55,014 bases of DNA from Gammaproteobacteria bacterium (GTDB lineage: Bacteria; Pseudomonadota; Gammaproteobacteria; Natronospirales; REEB76), in NCBI GenBank assembly GCA_036263155.1, contig DATAHN010000043.1:1-55014 (forward strand). Direction: 5' to 3'. Positions 47,200-55,014 of this stretch are shown in pieces. Every line of letters begins with the position of its first letter. Position 1 is the first letter of the stretch. A program made the position numbers and the translations under genes. The notes beneath the pieces were generated by a model. It was given only the letters and a program-made list of their open reading frames with translations. It was not told the origin of the DNA and did not search any database.

Positions 47200-47345
47200 T
47201 CGGGACGAGAGGGCCGGATGCGAAGCATCCGGTGGGCCTACAGGGATGTAGGCCCTGGGCTTTCGGCCGCAGCAGGATGCGAAGGCCGAAAGTGAACCTC
47301 AGAGGAGGTTCAAATCCTCTCCTCGCCGGAGAGATTTGAGTTCCG
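47200..47345. repeat. tRNA-Pro-derived palindromic element (split, inverted and degenerate T-arm copies with hairpins)
   Basis: 47200-47212 = 47379-47391; 47293-47300 = 47395-47402; 47304-47321 is the exact reverse complement of 47386-47403; hairpins at 47214-47232, 47234-47255, 47260-47292, 47304-47344. Confidence 0.85.
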
Positions 47346-47351
47346 CTTACT

Positions 47352-47364
47352 TAAGTATTTGATT
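47352..47364 (-). promoter_or_regulatory. IHF binding site consensus
   Basis: Minus strand AATCAA-ATAC-TTA matches WATCAANNNNTTR at all defined positions. Confidence 0.65.
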
Positions 47365-47375
47365 CAAGGTTGAAT

Positions 47376-47452
47376 TGGTCGGGACGAGAGGATTTGAACC
47401 TCCGACCCCCTGCACCCCATGCAGGTGCGCTACCAGACTGCGCTACGCCCCG
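47376..47452 (-). tRNA. tRNA-Pro(GGG)
   Basis: 77 nt: CGGGGCGTAGCGCAGTCTGGTAGCGCA-CCTGC-ATGGGGT-GCAGG-GGGTC-GGAGG-TTCAAAT-CCTCT-CGTCCCGACCA, CCA encoded. Confidence 0.97.
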
Positions 47453-47492
47453 ACTGATTCAACTGACTGACGGCCTGAACGGCCTCGGCAGG

Positions 47493-47508
47493 CGCGTAAT
47501 GATACGCG
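47493..47508 (-). promoter_or_regulatory. Candidate -10 (TATCAT) of the tRNA-Pro promoter inside a dyad
   Basis: Minus-strand TATCAT at 47499-47504 followed by GC-rich discriminator; cgcgta-atga-tacgcg palindrome. Confidence 0.45.
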
Positions 47509-47539
47509 AAGCCCGAACCCCGGGAAACCCGTTTGAGAA

Positions 47540-47896
47540 TCAGCGCTTTAGGAGCTGCAGAAGCTCTTCTAGCTCGACGCGCATCTGGCGCACGATCTGG
47601 TGGCTCTGGGTGATGTCCTGCTTGGCGCCGTCGCTGGAGAGCTGCTGGCGGGCACCGCCGATGGTGAAGCCCTGTTCGTACAAGAGGCTGCGGATCTGCC
47701 GGATCACCAGCACGTCGTGGCGCTGGTAGTAGCGGCGGTTACCCCGGCGCTTCACGGGCTTGAGCTGGGGGAACTCCTGCTCCCAATAGCGCAGCACGTG
47801 CGGCTTCACGCCGCACAGGTCGCTCACCTCACCGATGGTGAAGTAGCGCTTCCCCGGGATCGGGGGAAGCTCGCTATTGTTCCCGGCTTCCAGCAT
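47540..47896 (-). CDS. MerR family transcriptional regulator (conserved ihfA neighbour)
   Basis: [35 protein letters not shown]. Confidence 0.93.
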   Translation of the reverse strand: MLEAGNNSELPPIPGKRYFTIGEVSDLCGVKPHVLRYWEQEFPQLKPVKRRGNRRYYQRHDVLVIRQIRSLLYEQGFTIGGARQQLSSDGAKQDITQSHQIVRQMRVELEELLQLLKR

Positions 47897-48176
47897 ATGT
47901 CTCCACCCGTGCCTTGAGCTTCTGTCCCGGACGGAAGGTCACCACCCGGCGGGCGGTGATGGGGATCTCCTCCCCCGTCTTGGGGTTGCGCCCCGGCCTC
48001 TGGTTCTTCTTGCGGAGGTCGAAATTGCCGAACCCGGACAGCTTGACCTGCCGGCCCTCGGCCAGGGCGAGGCGGACCTCCTCGAAGAACAGGTCCACCA
48101 GCTCCTTGGCCTCGCGCTTGTTCAGGCCAAGTTCCTGGAACAGGGCCTCGGCCATCTCGGCTTTGGTCAGCGCCAT
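47874..48176 (-). CDS. ihfA: Integration host factor alpha
   Basis: [48 protein letters not shown]. Confidence 0.97.
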   Translation of the reverse strand: MALTKAEMAEALFQELGLNKREAKELVDLFFEEVRLALAEGRQVKLSGFGNFDLRKKNQRPGRNPKTGEEIPITARRVVTFRPGQKLKARVETYAGSREQ

Positions 48177-48179
48177 TAC

Positions 48180-50561
48180 TTAATCTCGTATTGTTGCGCC
48201 CAAATCCCGCCTGAGACGGTCAGCAACCCGCTGCATGGTCCCATCAGCGTCTTCGTCAGTAAGAGTGCGCGAAGAGTCTTGTAAAATCAAGCCTAAAGCG
48301 ACGCTTTTTCGTCCAGAATCTATGCCCGGACCATGGTAGATATCGAAGATCCTGGCCTCCTGGAGCAGGCTGCCGGCGGCCTCCCGGGCCATGGTCAAAA
48401 GTTGCCCAGCCGTGACCTTCTCCTCCACGACCACCGCCAAGTCCCGTCGTACCGCCGGGAACCTGGAGATGGGCTCAAAAGCCGGAATTTTGCCCTCCAG
48501 AAGCATCTCCAGGCGGATTTCGAACATCAGAGCGCCCTGAGGCAGGTCCAGTACCTTGACCAGCCTGGGGTGCACAGCGCCCATCCAACCCAGTTCCCTG
48601 CCATCCAACATCAGGCGGGCCGACTGGCCAGGGTGCAGGGCACCCAAAGCCGTGGCCTGGACCTCCAGGCGACCGACGGCCCCAGCGGGCCTAAGCAGGG
48701 CCTCGATATCGCCCTTGAGGTCAGCGAAGTCCACCGGCCGGTCCGCTTCGCCCCATTGGAGCGGGAACTCGGGTCCGGAAACCACTCCAGCGATGATATT
48801 TTCTTGTTTTATTTCATCAGCTTGCGAATAGAATATCAAACCAGTCTCAAATACCCTGACGCGGTCCTGCTGCCGGTTCAGGTTGTACTGGAGCACCTTG
48901 AGCAGCCCCGGCCACAGACCCATGCGCATCTCGGCCATATCTGCGGTGATGGGGTTGGCGAGCGGCAGGGCCATGCCGTTGGATCCGTAGACCTGGGCCT
49001 GCAGTCCTGCGTCCACGAAGCTGTAAGTCACCACCTCCTGGTAGCCCCGCTCCACCAAGACCTGCCGCAGGCGTCTCAAGTCCACCCGCGCTTCCGGCAG
49101 GGGCGTCATGCCCTGGCGCGAGGGGTACTGGAGGGCCGGGATCCGATCGTAGCCGTGGATCCGGCCCACTTCCTCGATGAGATCTTCCTCGATCTCGATG
49201 TCGAAGCGATGGCTGGGCGCGGTGGCCATCCAGCCCTCCTTGTCCGCCTTCACCATGAACCCGAGGCGCGTGAGGATACCCTCCACTTCCTTATCCGGCA
49301 CGCTGATGCCGAGCAACGCAGCGAGCCGCGCGCGGCGCAGCCTTATGGGCGCGCCCAGGAAGCGGGTCGTCTCCACCGTGACCACGCTCACGGGGCCCGG
49401 CTGGCCACCGGCGATCTCCAGGATGAGCTGGGTGGCGCGCTCGATGGCGCGGGCTTGGGCCCCGGGATCCACGCCCCGCTCGAAGCGGTAGGCAGCGTCC
49501 GTGAGCAGGTCCATGCGCCGCGGCCGGCCGCTGATGGCGGCGGGCGTGAAGAACGCGGCTTCCAGGAGCACGTCGGTGGTGCCGGCGGTCACGTTGGACT
49601 CGCCACCGCCCATGATCCCCGCGAAGCCCTGCAACCGGCTCTTGTCGGCGATCACCAGCACGTCCGGCTGGGCTTCATACACCTGGTTGTTGAGGAGCTT
49701 GGCCATCTCCCCCGTCTTCGCCATCCGCACGGTGAGGCCGCCGTCCAGGCGCTTCAAGTCGTAGGCGTGCATGGGCTGGCCGAGCTCCAGCATCACATAC
49801 TGGGTCACGTCCACCGCCGGGTGGATCGGCTTCAACCCCGCGGAACGCAGGCGCTCGCGCATCCACAGAGGCGTAATGGCGTCGGTGCGCAGGCCCTTGA
49901 TGACGCGCGTGGCGAACACGGGACAAGCTTCCTTCGCCTGGATCTCCGCCGGGAACACGTCCTTGATGGCCGCCTTCACCGGCAGCACTTCGGCCTTCTC
50001 CAGCGGCTTGCCGTAGAGCGCCGCGAGTTCGCGCGCCACGCCAAGGATGCTGAGGCAGTCGCCGCGGTTGGGCGTGATCTCGATCTCGATGAGCCAGTCG
50101 TCGCCGCCCAGGTATTCACGCAGGTCCTTGCCCACGGGCGCATCCGCCGGCAGCGCGAAGAGTCCCGAGGCTTCTTCCGAGAGGCCGAGCTCGCGGGCCG
50201 AGCACAGCATCCCGGCGGAATCCACGCCGCGCAGGGCGGCCTGCTTGATCACGGTGCCATCCGGGAGCTTGCCGCCCGGCAGGATCACCGGCGCCTTCAT
50301 GCCCGCCTGTACGTTCGGCGCACCGCACACGATCTGGTGTTGTTTGCCGTCGCCGATGTCCACCTGGCAGACGTTCAGCTTGTCCGCCGAGGGGTGCTTC
50401 TCCAGGCTTTTCACCTGACCTACATACACCTTCTCGAAGGCCGGGATGGACGGCGTCACGGACGCCACTTCCACGCCGCCCGAGCCGAGCTTGCGGCCGA
50501 TGCCTCGGGCATCGTCCTGGAGTTCCACGAATTCCTTGAGCCAGTTGGCGCTGATCTTCAT
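48180..50561 (-). CDS. pheT: Phenylalanyl-tRNA synthetase beta subunit
   Basis: IVCGAPNV, GMLCSARELG, ITPNRGDCLS, RFERGVD, SRFPAVRRDLA. Confidence 0.97.
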   Translation of the reverse strand: MKISANWLKEFVELQDDARGIGRKLGSGGVEVASVTPSIPAFEKVYVGQVKSLEKHPSADKLNVCQVDIGDGKQHQIVCGAPNVQAGMKAPVILPGGKLPDGTVIKQAALRGVDSAGMLCSARELGLSEEASGLFALPADAPVGKDLREYLGGDDWLIEIEITPNRGDCLSILGVARELAALYGKPLEKAEVLPVKAAIKDVFPAEIQAKEACPVFATRVIKGLRTDAITPLWMRERLRSAGLKPIHPAVDVTQYVMLELGQPMHAYDLKRLDGGLTVRMAKTGEMAKLLNNQVYEAQPDVLVIADKSRLQGFAGIMGGGESNVTAGTTDVLLEAAFFTPAAISGRPRRMDLLTDAAYRFERGVDPGAQARAIERATQLILEIAGGQPGPVSVVTVETTRFLGAPIRLRRARLAALLGISVPDKEVEGILTRLGFMVKADKEGWMATAPSHRFDIEIEEDLIEEVGRIHGYDRIPALQYPSRQGMTPLPEARVDLRRLRQVLVERGYQEVVTYSFVDAGLQAQVYGSNGMALPLANPITADMAEMRMGLWPGLLKVLQYNLNRQQDRVRVFETGLIFYSQADEIKQENIIAGVVSGPEFPLQWGEADRPVDFADLKGDIEALLRPAGAVGRLEVQATALGALHPGQSARLMLDGRELGWMGAVHPRLVKVLDLPQGALMFEIRLEMLLEGKIPAFEPISRFPAVRRDLAVVVEEKVTAGQLLTMAREAAGSLLQEARIFDIYHGPGIDSGRKSVALGLILQDSSRTLTDEDADGTMQRVADRLRRDLGATIRD

Positions 50562-50568
50562 GGGTGCC

Positions 50569-51594
50569 TCAGCGGAACTGGCGCAGGAAGCGCAGGTCGT
50601 TGTCGTAGTTCATGCGGATGTCATCGATGCCGTAACGCAGCATCCCCAGGCGCTCCACGCCGATGCCGAAGGCCCATCCGGTGTAGCGCTCGGGATCGAT
50701 CTTGCAGGCTTTGAGCACGTTCGGGTGCACCATGCCGCAGCCCAGCACCTCCAGCCAACCGGTGTGCTTGCACACGCGGCAACCGGCGCCCCTGCAGAAT
50801 ACGCAGCTGATGTCCACCTCCGCGCCCGGTTCCACGAACGGGAAGTAGGACGGGCGGAAGCGCAGCTTGAGGTCCTCCTGCTCGAAGAACCGCTGCATGA
50901 AGTCCGTGAGCGTGCCGCGCAGGTGCGCCATGCTCACGCCCTCGTCCACCAGCAGGCCTTCCACCTGGTGGAACATGGGCGTGTGGGTCATGTCGTAATC
51001 GTGGCGGTAGGTCCGGCCGGCGGCGATCACCCGGATCGGCGCGCCGTGCTTCAGCATCGAGCGGACCTGCACGGGCGAGGTGTGGGTGCGCAGCAGGAAA
51101 GGCCTGTCTTTCAGGTAGAAAGTGTCCATCTCGGCGCGGGCCGGGTGGTCGGCCTTGAAGTTCAGCGCATCGAAGTTGTGGAACTCGTCCTCGATCTCGG
51201 GGCCGGACTCCATACTGAAGCCCATGCGCTCGAACAGCACCTGGACACGCTCCATGATGCGGGTCGAAGGATGCAGGCCGCCCGCCTCCTGGCCGCGTCC
51301 CGGCAGGCTCACGTCCACCGCCTCGCTGGCGAGCTTGGCAGCGAGGTCCGCCTGCTCCAGCGCGGCCTTGCGCGCATCCAGCAGTTCCGTGACCGCCTGC
51401 TTCACCACGTTGATGCGTTGGCCGGCGGCGGCGCGCTCGGCGCCCGGCAGCTTGCCGAGGGTCTGCAGTTCGGCGGTGATCACGCCCTTCTTGCCGAGGT
51501 AATGCACGCGCACCTCATCCAGGGCCGCGAGCGTGGTGCAGGCGGCAGCCTTGGACTTGGCCTCGGTGATCAGCTTGTCGAGGTCGGTGCTCAT
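50569..51594 (-). CDS. pheS: Phenylalanyl-tRNA synthetase alpha subunit
   Basis: [49 protein letters not shown]. Confidence 0.97.
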   Translation of the reverse strand: MSTDLDKLITEAKSKAAACTTLAALDEVRVHYLGKKGVITAELQTLGKLPGAERAAAGQRINVVKQAVTELLDARKAALEQADLAAKLASEAVDVSLPGRGQEAGGLHPSTRIMERVQVLFERMGFSMESGPEIEDEFHNFDALNFKADHPARAEMDTFYLKDRPFLLRTHTSPVQVRSMLKHGAPIRVIAAGRTYRHDYDMTHTPMFHQVEGLLVDEGVSMAHLRGTLTDFMQRFFEQEDLKLRFRPSYFPFVEPGAEVDISCVFCRGAGCRVCKHTGWLEVLGCGMVHPNVLKACKIDPERYTGWAFGIGVERLGMLRYGIDDIRMNYDNDLRFLRQFR

Positions 51595-51622
51595 GGGACG
51601 TTCTTATTACCCCGTGTACCCC

Positions 51623-51660
51623 AAAAAGAAAAGGGGGAAGACCGTTGTGCGGCCTTCCCC
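51623..51660 (-). terminator. Intrinsic terminator after rplT
   Basis: Minus strand ggggaaggcc-gcacaac-ggtcttcccc followed by c-ttttcttttt; no Phe-rich leader peptide seen. Confidence 0.75.
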
Positions 51661-51703
51661 CACTTGCTCTGATTGAAAGCCCCTCAGCGGGCCATCATTC
51701 GTC

Positions 51704-52060
51704 TCAGGCTAAGCTGGCTTTGGCCTTCTCGGCGAGGGCCGCAAAACCGGCCGCATCGAAGACGGCGATGTCGGCGAGGACCTTGCGGTCCAGCTCGATC
51801 TTCGCCTTCTTCAGGCCGTTCATGAAGCGGCTGTAGGACAGCCCCGAGAGGCGCGCCGCGGCGTTGATGCGGGCGATCCAGATGCCGCGCATGTCGCGCT
51901 TCTTGTCGCGACGGTCGCGATAGGCATACTGGCCGGCCTTCATCACCGCCTGCTTGACGGTGCGGATGTTCTTGCGACGGGCGTTGTAGTAGCCCTTGGC
52001 CTTGCCGATGACCTTCTTGTGCTTGGCTCGGCTGGTGACGGAACGTTTTACGCGTGCCAT
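51704..52060 (-). CDS. rplT: 50S ribosomal protein L20
   Basis: [38 protein letters not shown]. Confidence 0.98.
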   Translation of the reverse strand: MARVKRSVTSRAKHKKVIGKAKGYYNARRKNIRTVKQAVMKAGQYAYRDRRDKKRDMRGIWIARINAAARLSGLSYSRFMNGLKKAKIELDRKVLADIAVFDAAGFAALAEKAKASLA

Positions 52061-52075
52061 GTTTCTATCCTCTCC

Positions 52076-52273
52076 TTACGACCAGGGCAGCATCTGCTTG
52101 ACGCGGAAGTGATCCTGGGGGACCACGAGCGTCGAGCCGCGCAGTTGACGCTTGCGCTTGCTGCTCTTCTTGGTGAGGATGTGGCGCTTGTGCGACTGGC
52201 CACGCTTGTACTTGCCGGTGCCGGTGGCGCGGAAGCGCTTCGCGGCGGCCCGGTTGGTCTTGATCTTGGGCAT
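52076..52273 (-). CDS. rpmI: 50S ribosomal protein L35
   Basis: [23 protein letters not shown]. Confidence 0.98.
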   Translation of the reverse strand: MPKIKTNRAAAKRFRATGTGKYKRGQSHKRHILTKKSSKRKRQLRGSTLVVPQDHFRVKQMLPWS

Positions 52274-52393
52274 GACTGAAACTCCTGATTGTTACTGATA
52301 GCCTGGCCCCGCTCAGAAGCGGCGTTGAGGTGTTCGCCAGGGGTGACGCTTGGGCCGTCACTTTTGTTGCATCGACTTCTTAGCGCTGGAAAC

Positions 52394-52912
52394 TCATTTC
52401 TTCTTCGGGCCGATGATCATCACCATCTGCTTGCCCTCGAGGCGGGGGAACTGCTCGATCATCCCCACTTCCTCCAGATCCTTCTTGATGCGCTCCAGGA
52501 TCTCGACACCGATGTTCTGGTGCAGCAGCTCGCGTCCGCGGTACCTCAGGGTCACCTTGGCCTTGTCGCCTTCCGTGAGGAAGCGCGTCAGGTTGCGCAG
52601 CTTGATCTGGTAGTCGCCCTCGTCCGTGGTCGGACGGAACTTCACTTCCTTGACCTGTATCTGCTTCTGCTTCTTGCGCGCGACCTGCTGCTTCTTGTTG
52701 ACCTCGAACAGGTACTTGCCGAAGTCCATCACGCGGCAGACCGGCGGCTCCGCCGTGGGTGACACTTCCACGAGATCCAGGCCAGCCTCTTCGGCGTAGC
52801 GTATGGCCTCGCGGGTGAACATGATTCCGATCTGCTGGTTGTCGGGTCCGATGACCCTGACCTTGGGCGACGTGATCTCCCCGTTTCGCCGGGCGCGCTT
52901 CTCAGAGCTGAT
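52394..52912 (-). CDS. infC: Translation initiation factor IF-3 (non-canonical ATC start)
   Basis: GGAGGATCAGGT-ATC-AGC in frame with the track ORF; [38 protein letters not shown]. Confidence 0.93.
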   Translation of the reverse strand: MSSEKRARRNGEITSPKVRVIGPDNQQIGIMFTREAIRYAEEAGLDLVEVSPTAEPPVCRVMDFGKYLFEVNKKQQVARKKQKQIQVKEVKFRPTTDEGDYQIKLRNLTRFLTEGDKAKVTLRYRGRELLHQNIGVEILERIKKDLEEVGMIEQFPRLEGKQMVMIIGPKKK

Positions 52913-52969
52913 ACCTGATCCTCCAAAAATAAACCTGAACCCGTCCCCTCAACGCATACGGGACGCGGT

Positions 52970-54895
52970 TCAGGCTGACACTCCGCGGCTGACCACCTCG
53001 GCTTCAAGACGCCGGGCGAAGTCCTCAAGCTTGAGGCTGCCCAGGTCCTGGCCTTCGCGGGTACGCACCGCCACGGAACCTGTTTCCATCTCCTTGTCGC
53101 CCACCACCAGGAGGTAAGGGACGCGCTGGAGCGTATGTTCGCGTATTTTAAAGCCTATCTTCTCGTTCCTCAAGTCGGATTCCACCCGAAATCCCTGATT
53201 TCCATGGGTTTTCAGTGTTTCAGCCAGGTTTTTGGCGTATCCGGCCTGCCGGTCGGTGATGGTGAGGACCACCGCCTGGACCGGGGCCAGCCAGGCCGGG
53301 AAGCGGCCAGTGAAGTGCTCGATGAGGATGCCCACGAAACGCTCCATGGACCCCACGATGGCCCGGTGCAGCATCACCGGGACATGCTTGGCCCCGTCCT
53401 CCCCCACGAACTCGGCCCCCAGGCGGCCGGGCATGTTGAAGTCCACCTGCATGGTGCCGCACTGCCAGACCCGGCCGATGGCGTCTTTCAGGGAATACTC
53501 GATCTTGGGGCCGTAGAACGCCCCCTCCCCCGGTGACACCGTGAATTCGCAGCCGGAGGCCGTCAGGGAATCCATCAGGGCCTTCTCGGCCTTGTCCCAG
53601 AGGGCATCCTCGCCGACCCGGTTGGCCGGACGGGTGGCCACCTTGTAGATGATGTCCGTGAAGCCGAAGTCCTTGTAGACCCCCTGCAGCAGGGCCGTGA
53701 AGTCGGCACACTCCGCCTGGATCTGGTCCTCGGTGCAGAAGATGTGCCCGTCGTCCTGGGTGAAGCCGCGCACGCGCATGAGGCCGTGCAGCGCGCCCGA
53801 GGGCTCGTTGCGGTGGCAGGCGCCGAACTCACCGAAGCGCAGGGGCAGGTCCCGGTAGCTCTTCAGGCCGTGCTTGTAGATGAGGATGTGGCCCGGGCAA
53901 TTCATGGGCTTCACGGCGAAGTCCCGGTCCTCGGAGTGGGTGATGAACATGTTCTCGCGGAAGTTCTGCCAGTGGCCGGTCTTCTCCCACAGGCTCTTGT
54001 CCATGATCTGGGGCCCGCGCACCTCCCGGTAGCCGCTGGCGCTGTACACGCGTCGCATGTACTGCTCCACCTGCTGCCACAGCGCCCAGCCGCGCGGGTG
54101 CCAGAACACCATGCCCGGCGCTTCTTCCTGCGTGTGAAACAGGTCCAGCTCGCGGCCGATGCGGCGGTGGTCGCGCTTCTCGGCCTCTTCCAGGCGCGTG
54201 AGGTAGGCCTGCAGGGCCTTCTTGTCGGTCCAAGCGGTGCCGTAGATGCGCTGCAGCATCTCGTTCTTGGAGTCGCCGCGCCAGTAGGCGCCGGCCACCT
54301 TCATGAGCTTGAAGGCCTTGAGCTTGCCGGTGCTCGGCACGTGGGGGCCGCGGCAGAGGTCTATGAAGTCGCCTTGGCGGTAGAGGGAGATATCCTCGGC
54401 GCTGGGGATACTGGCGATGATCTCGGCCTTGTACTTCTCGCCCATGTCGCGGAAGAACTTCACGGCTTCGTCGCGCGGCATCACGCTGCGGGTGACCTTC
54501 TGGTCCTGGGCCGCGAGTTCCTCCATGCGCTTCTCGATGGCGGCCAGGTCCTCCGGCGTGAAGGGCCGGCTGAAGGCGAAATCGTAGTAGAAGCCGTCCT
54601 CGATCACCGGACCGATGGTGACCTGGGCTTCCGGGAAGAGCTGCTTCACCGCCTGGGCCAGGAGGTGCGCCGTGGAGTGGCGGATGACGTCGAGGCCTTC
54701 CGCGTCGCGCTCCGTGATGATGCTGAGGGGTGCGTCGTGGTCGATCGTGAATGAGGTGTCGACGACCTTGCCGTCCACCTTGCCGGCGAGCGCGGCCTTG
54801 GCGAGGCCGGGGCCGATGCTGGCGGCCACCTCAGCGACCGTGACCGGATTGTCGAACTTGCGTTGGGAACCGTCGGGCAGCGTGATGGCGGGCAT
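52970..54895 (-). CDS. thrS: Threonyl-tRNA synthetase
   Basis: [49 protein letters not shown]; ATG 54895 after AAGGAG. Confidence 0.98.
   Translation of the reverse strand: MPAITLPDGSQRKFDNPVTVAEVAASIGPGLAKAALAGKVDGKVVDTSFTIDHDAPLSIITERDAEGLDVIRHSTAHLLAQAVKQLFPEAQVTIGPVIEDGFYYDFAFSRPFTPEDLAAIEKRMEELAAQDQKVTRSVMPRDEAVKFFRDMGEKYKAEIIASIPSAEDISLYRQGDFIDLCRGPHVPSTGKLKAFKLMKVAGAYWRGDSKNEMLQRIYGTAWTDKKALQAYLTRLEEAEKRDHRRIGRELDLFHTQEEAPGMVFWHPRGWALWQQVEQYMRRVYSASGYREVRGPQIMDKSLWEKTGHWQNFRENMFITHSEDRDFAVKPMNCPGHILIYKHGLKSYRDLPLRFGEFGACHRNEPSGALHGLMRVRGFTQDDGHIFCTEDQIQAECADFTALLQGVYKDFGFTDIIYKVATRPANRVGEDALWDKAEKALMDSLTASGCEFTVSPGEGAFYGPKIEYSLKDAIGRVWQCGTMQVDFNMPGRLGAEFVGEDGAKHVPVMLHRAIVGSMERFVGILIEHFTGRFPAWLAPVQAVVLTITDRQAGYAKNLAETLKTHGNQGFRVESDLRNEKIGFKIREHTLQRVPYLLVVGDKEMETGSVAVRTREGQDLGSLKLEDFARRLEAEVVSRGVSA
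53145..53173 (-). promoter_or_regulatory. Internal sigma70 promoter for infC within thrS
   Basis: TTGAGG-N17-TAAAAT encoded by the [11 protein letters not shown] codons, same place as the E. coli infC promoter. Confidence 0.75.
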
Positions 54896-54913
54896 CATCG
54901 TCTCCTTACAGTG

Positions 54914-54934
54914 GCGACCCATACGAAAGGCCGC
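54914..54934 (-). promoter_or_regulatory. thrS translational operator hairpin (tRNA-Thr anticodon mimic)
   Basis: mRNA GCGGCC-UUUCGUAUG-GGUCGC just upstream of the SD; CGU in the loop as in E. coli operator domain 2. Confidence 0.75.
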
Positions 54935-54968
54935 GTGTTTCGGGTTGTCTGGACTGTTTCGTATTGGT

Positions 54969-55014
54969 TGGTAGGCGTGATTGGACTCGAACCAACGACC
55001 CCCACCATGTCAAG
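54969..55014 (-). tRNA. tRNA-Val(GAC), 3' part (truncated by right edge)
   Basis: Minus strand CTT-GAC-ATGGTGGGGGTCGTTGGTTCGAGTCCAATCACGCCTACCA. Confidence 0.93.

Noticed and set aside
47214-47292. CRISPR array or known riboswitch
   Set aside because: Hairpins differ in sequence, there are no equal-length spacers or cas genes, and no aptamer consensus I recognise.
47084-47375. Prophage or genomic island at tRNA-Pro
   Set aside because: No integrase, phage or conjugation genes and no distant att repeat; the tRNA 3' repeat is only about 165 bp away.
48333-50714. 793-aa plus-strand ORF antisense to pheT, and similar long antisense ORFs over fadJ, fabF, uup, thrS and the GGDEF genes
   Set aside because: Shadow ORFs expected from high GC3 codon bias; no motifs or RBS, and they mirror conserved genes.
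51595-51703. pheM-type attenuator leader before pheS
   Set aside because: A terminator is present but no Phe-rich leader ORF.

Overview
High-GC gammaproteobacterial chromosome segment, mostly core genes, with no integrase, transposase or CRISPR array visible. Left to right: 5' part of a cardiolipin synthase (runs off the window, absent from the ORF track) divergent from an EEP hydrolase; fadJ-like beta-oxidation enzyme, acyl-CoA thioesterase and a tandem cNMP-binding/rhodanese fusion; a long minus-strand run rhombosortase-fabD-fabG-acpP-fabF-pabB-pabC-mltG-tmk-holB-pilZ-TPR/AspH hydroxylase; a divergent partial type II secretion operon gspG-N; two convergent c-di-GMP enzymes, one with a beta-propeller/Y_Y_Y ectodomain; a co-oriented otsB-GH15-otsA-mscS-M48-DGC-DUF3311-symporter run; housekeeping and unknown genes; and the conserved tRNA-Val-thrS-infC-rpmI-rplT-pheS-pheT-ihfA-merR-tRNA-Pro block. 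Most unusual: (1) a ~145 bp structured element just past tRNA-Pro(GGG), built from direct, inverted and split copies of the tRNA T-arm, with three GGATG-bearing hairpins inserted in the copied T-loop and a perfect IHF box beside it; (2) a rhombosortase with atypical active-site-proximal residues, placed where fabH/plsX usually lie, coupled to fabD and head-to-head with gspG; (3) a cNMP-cNMP-rhodanese fusion; (4) an AUC-initiated infC and a tRNA-Thr-mimicking thrS operator. All family calls come from motif recognition by eye; no database search was run.
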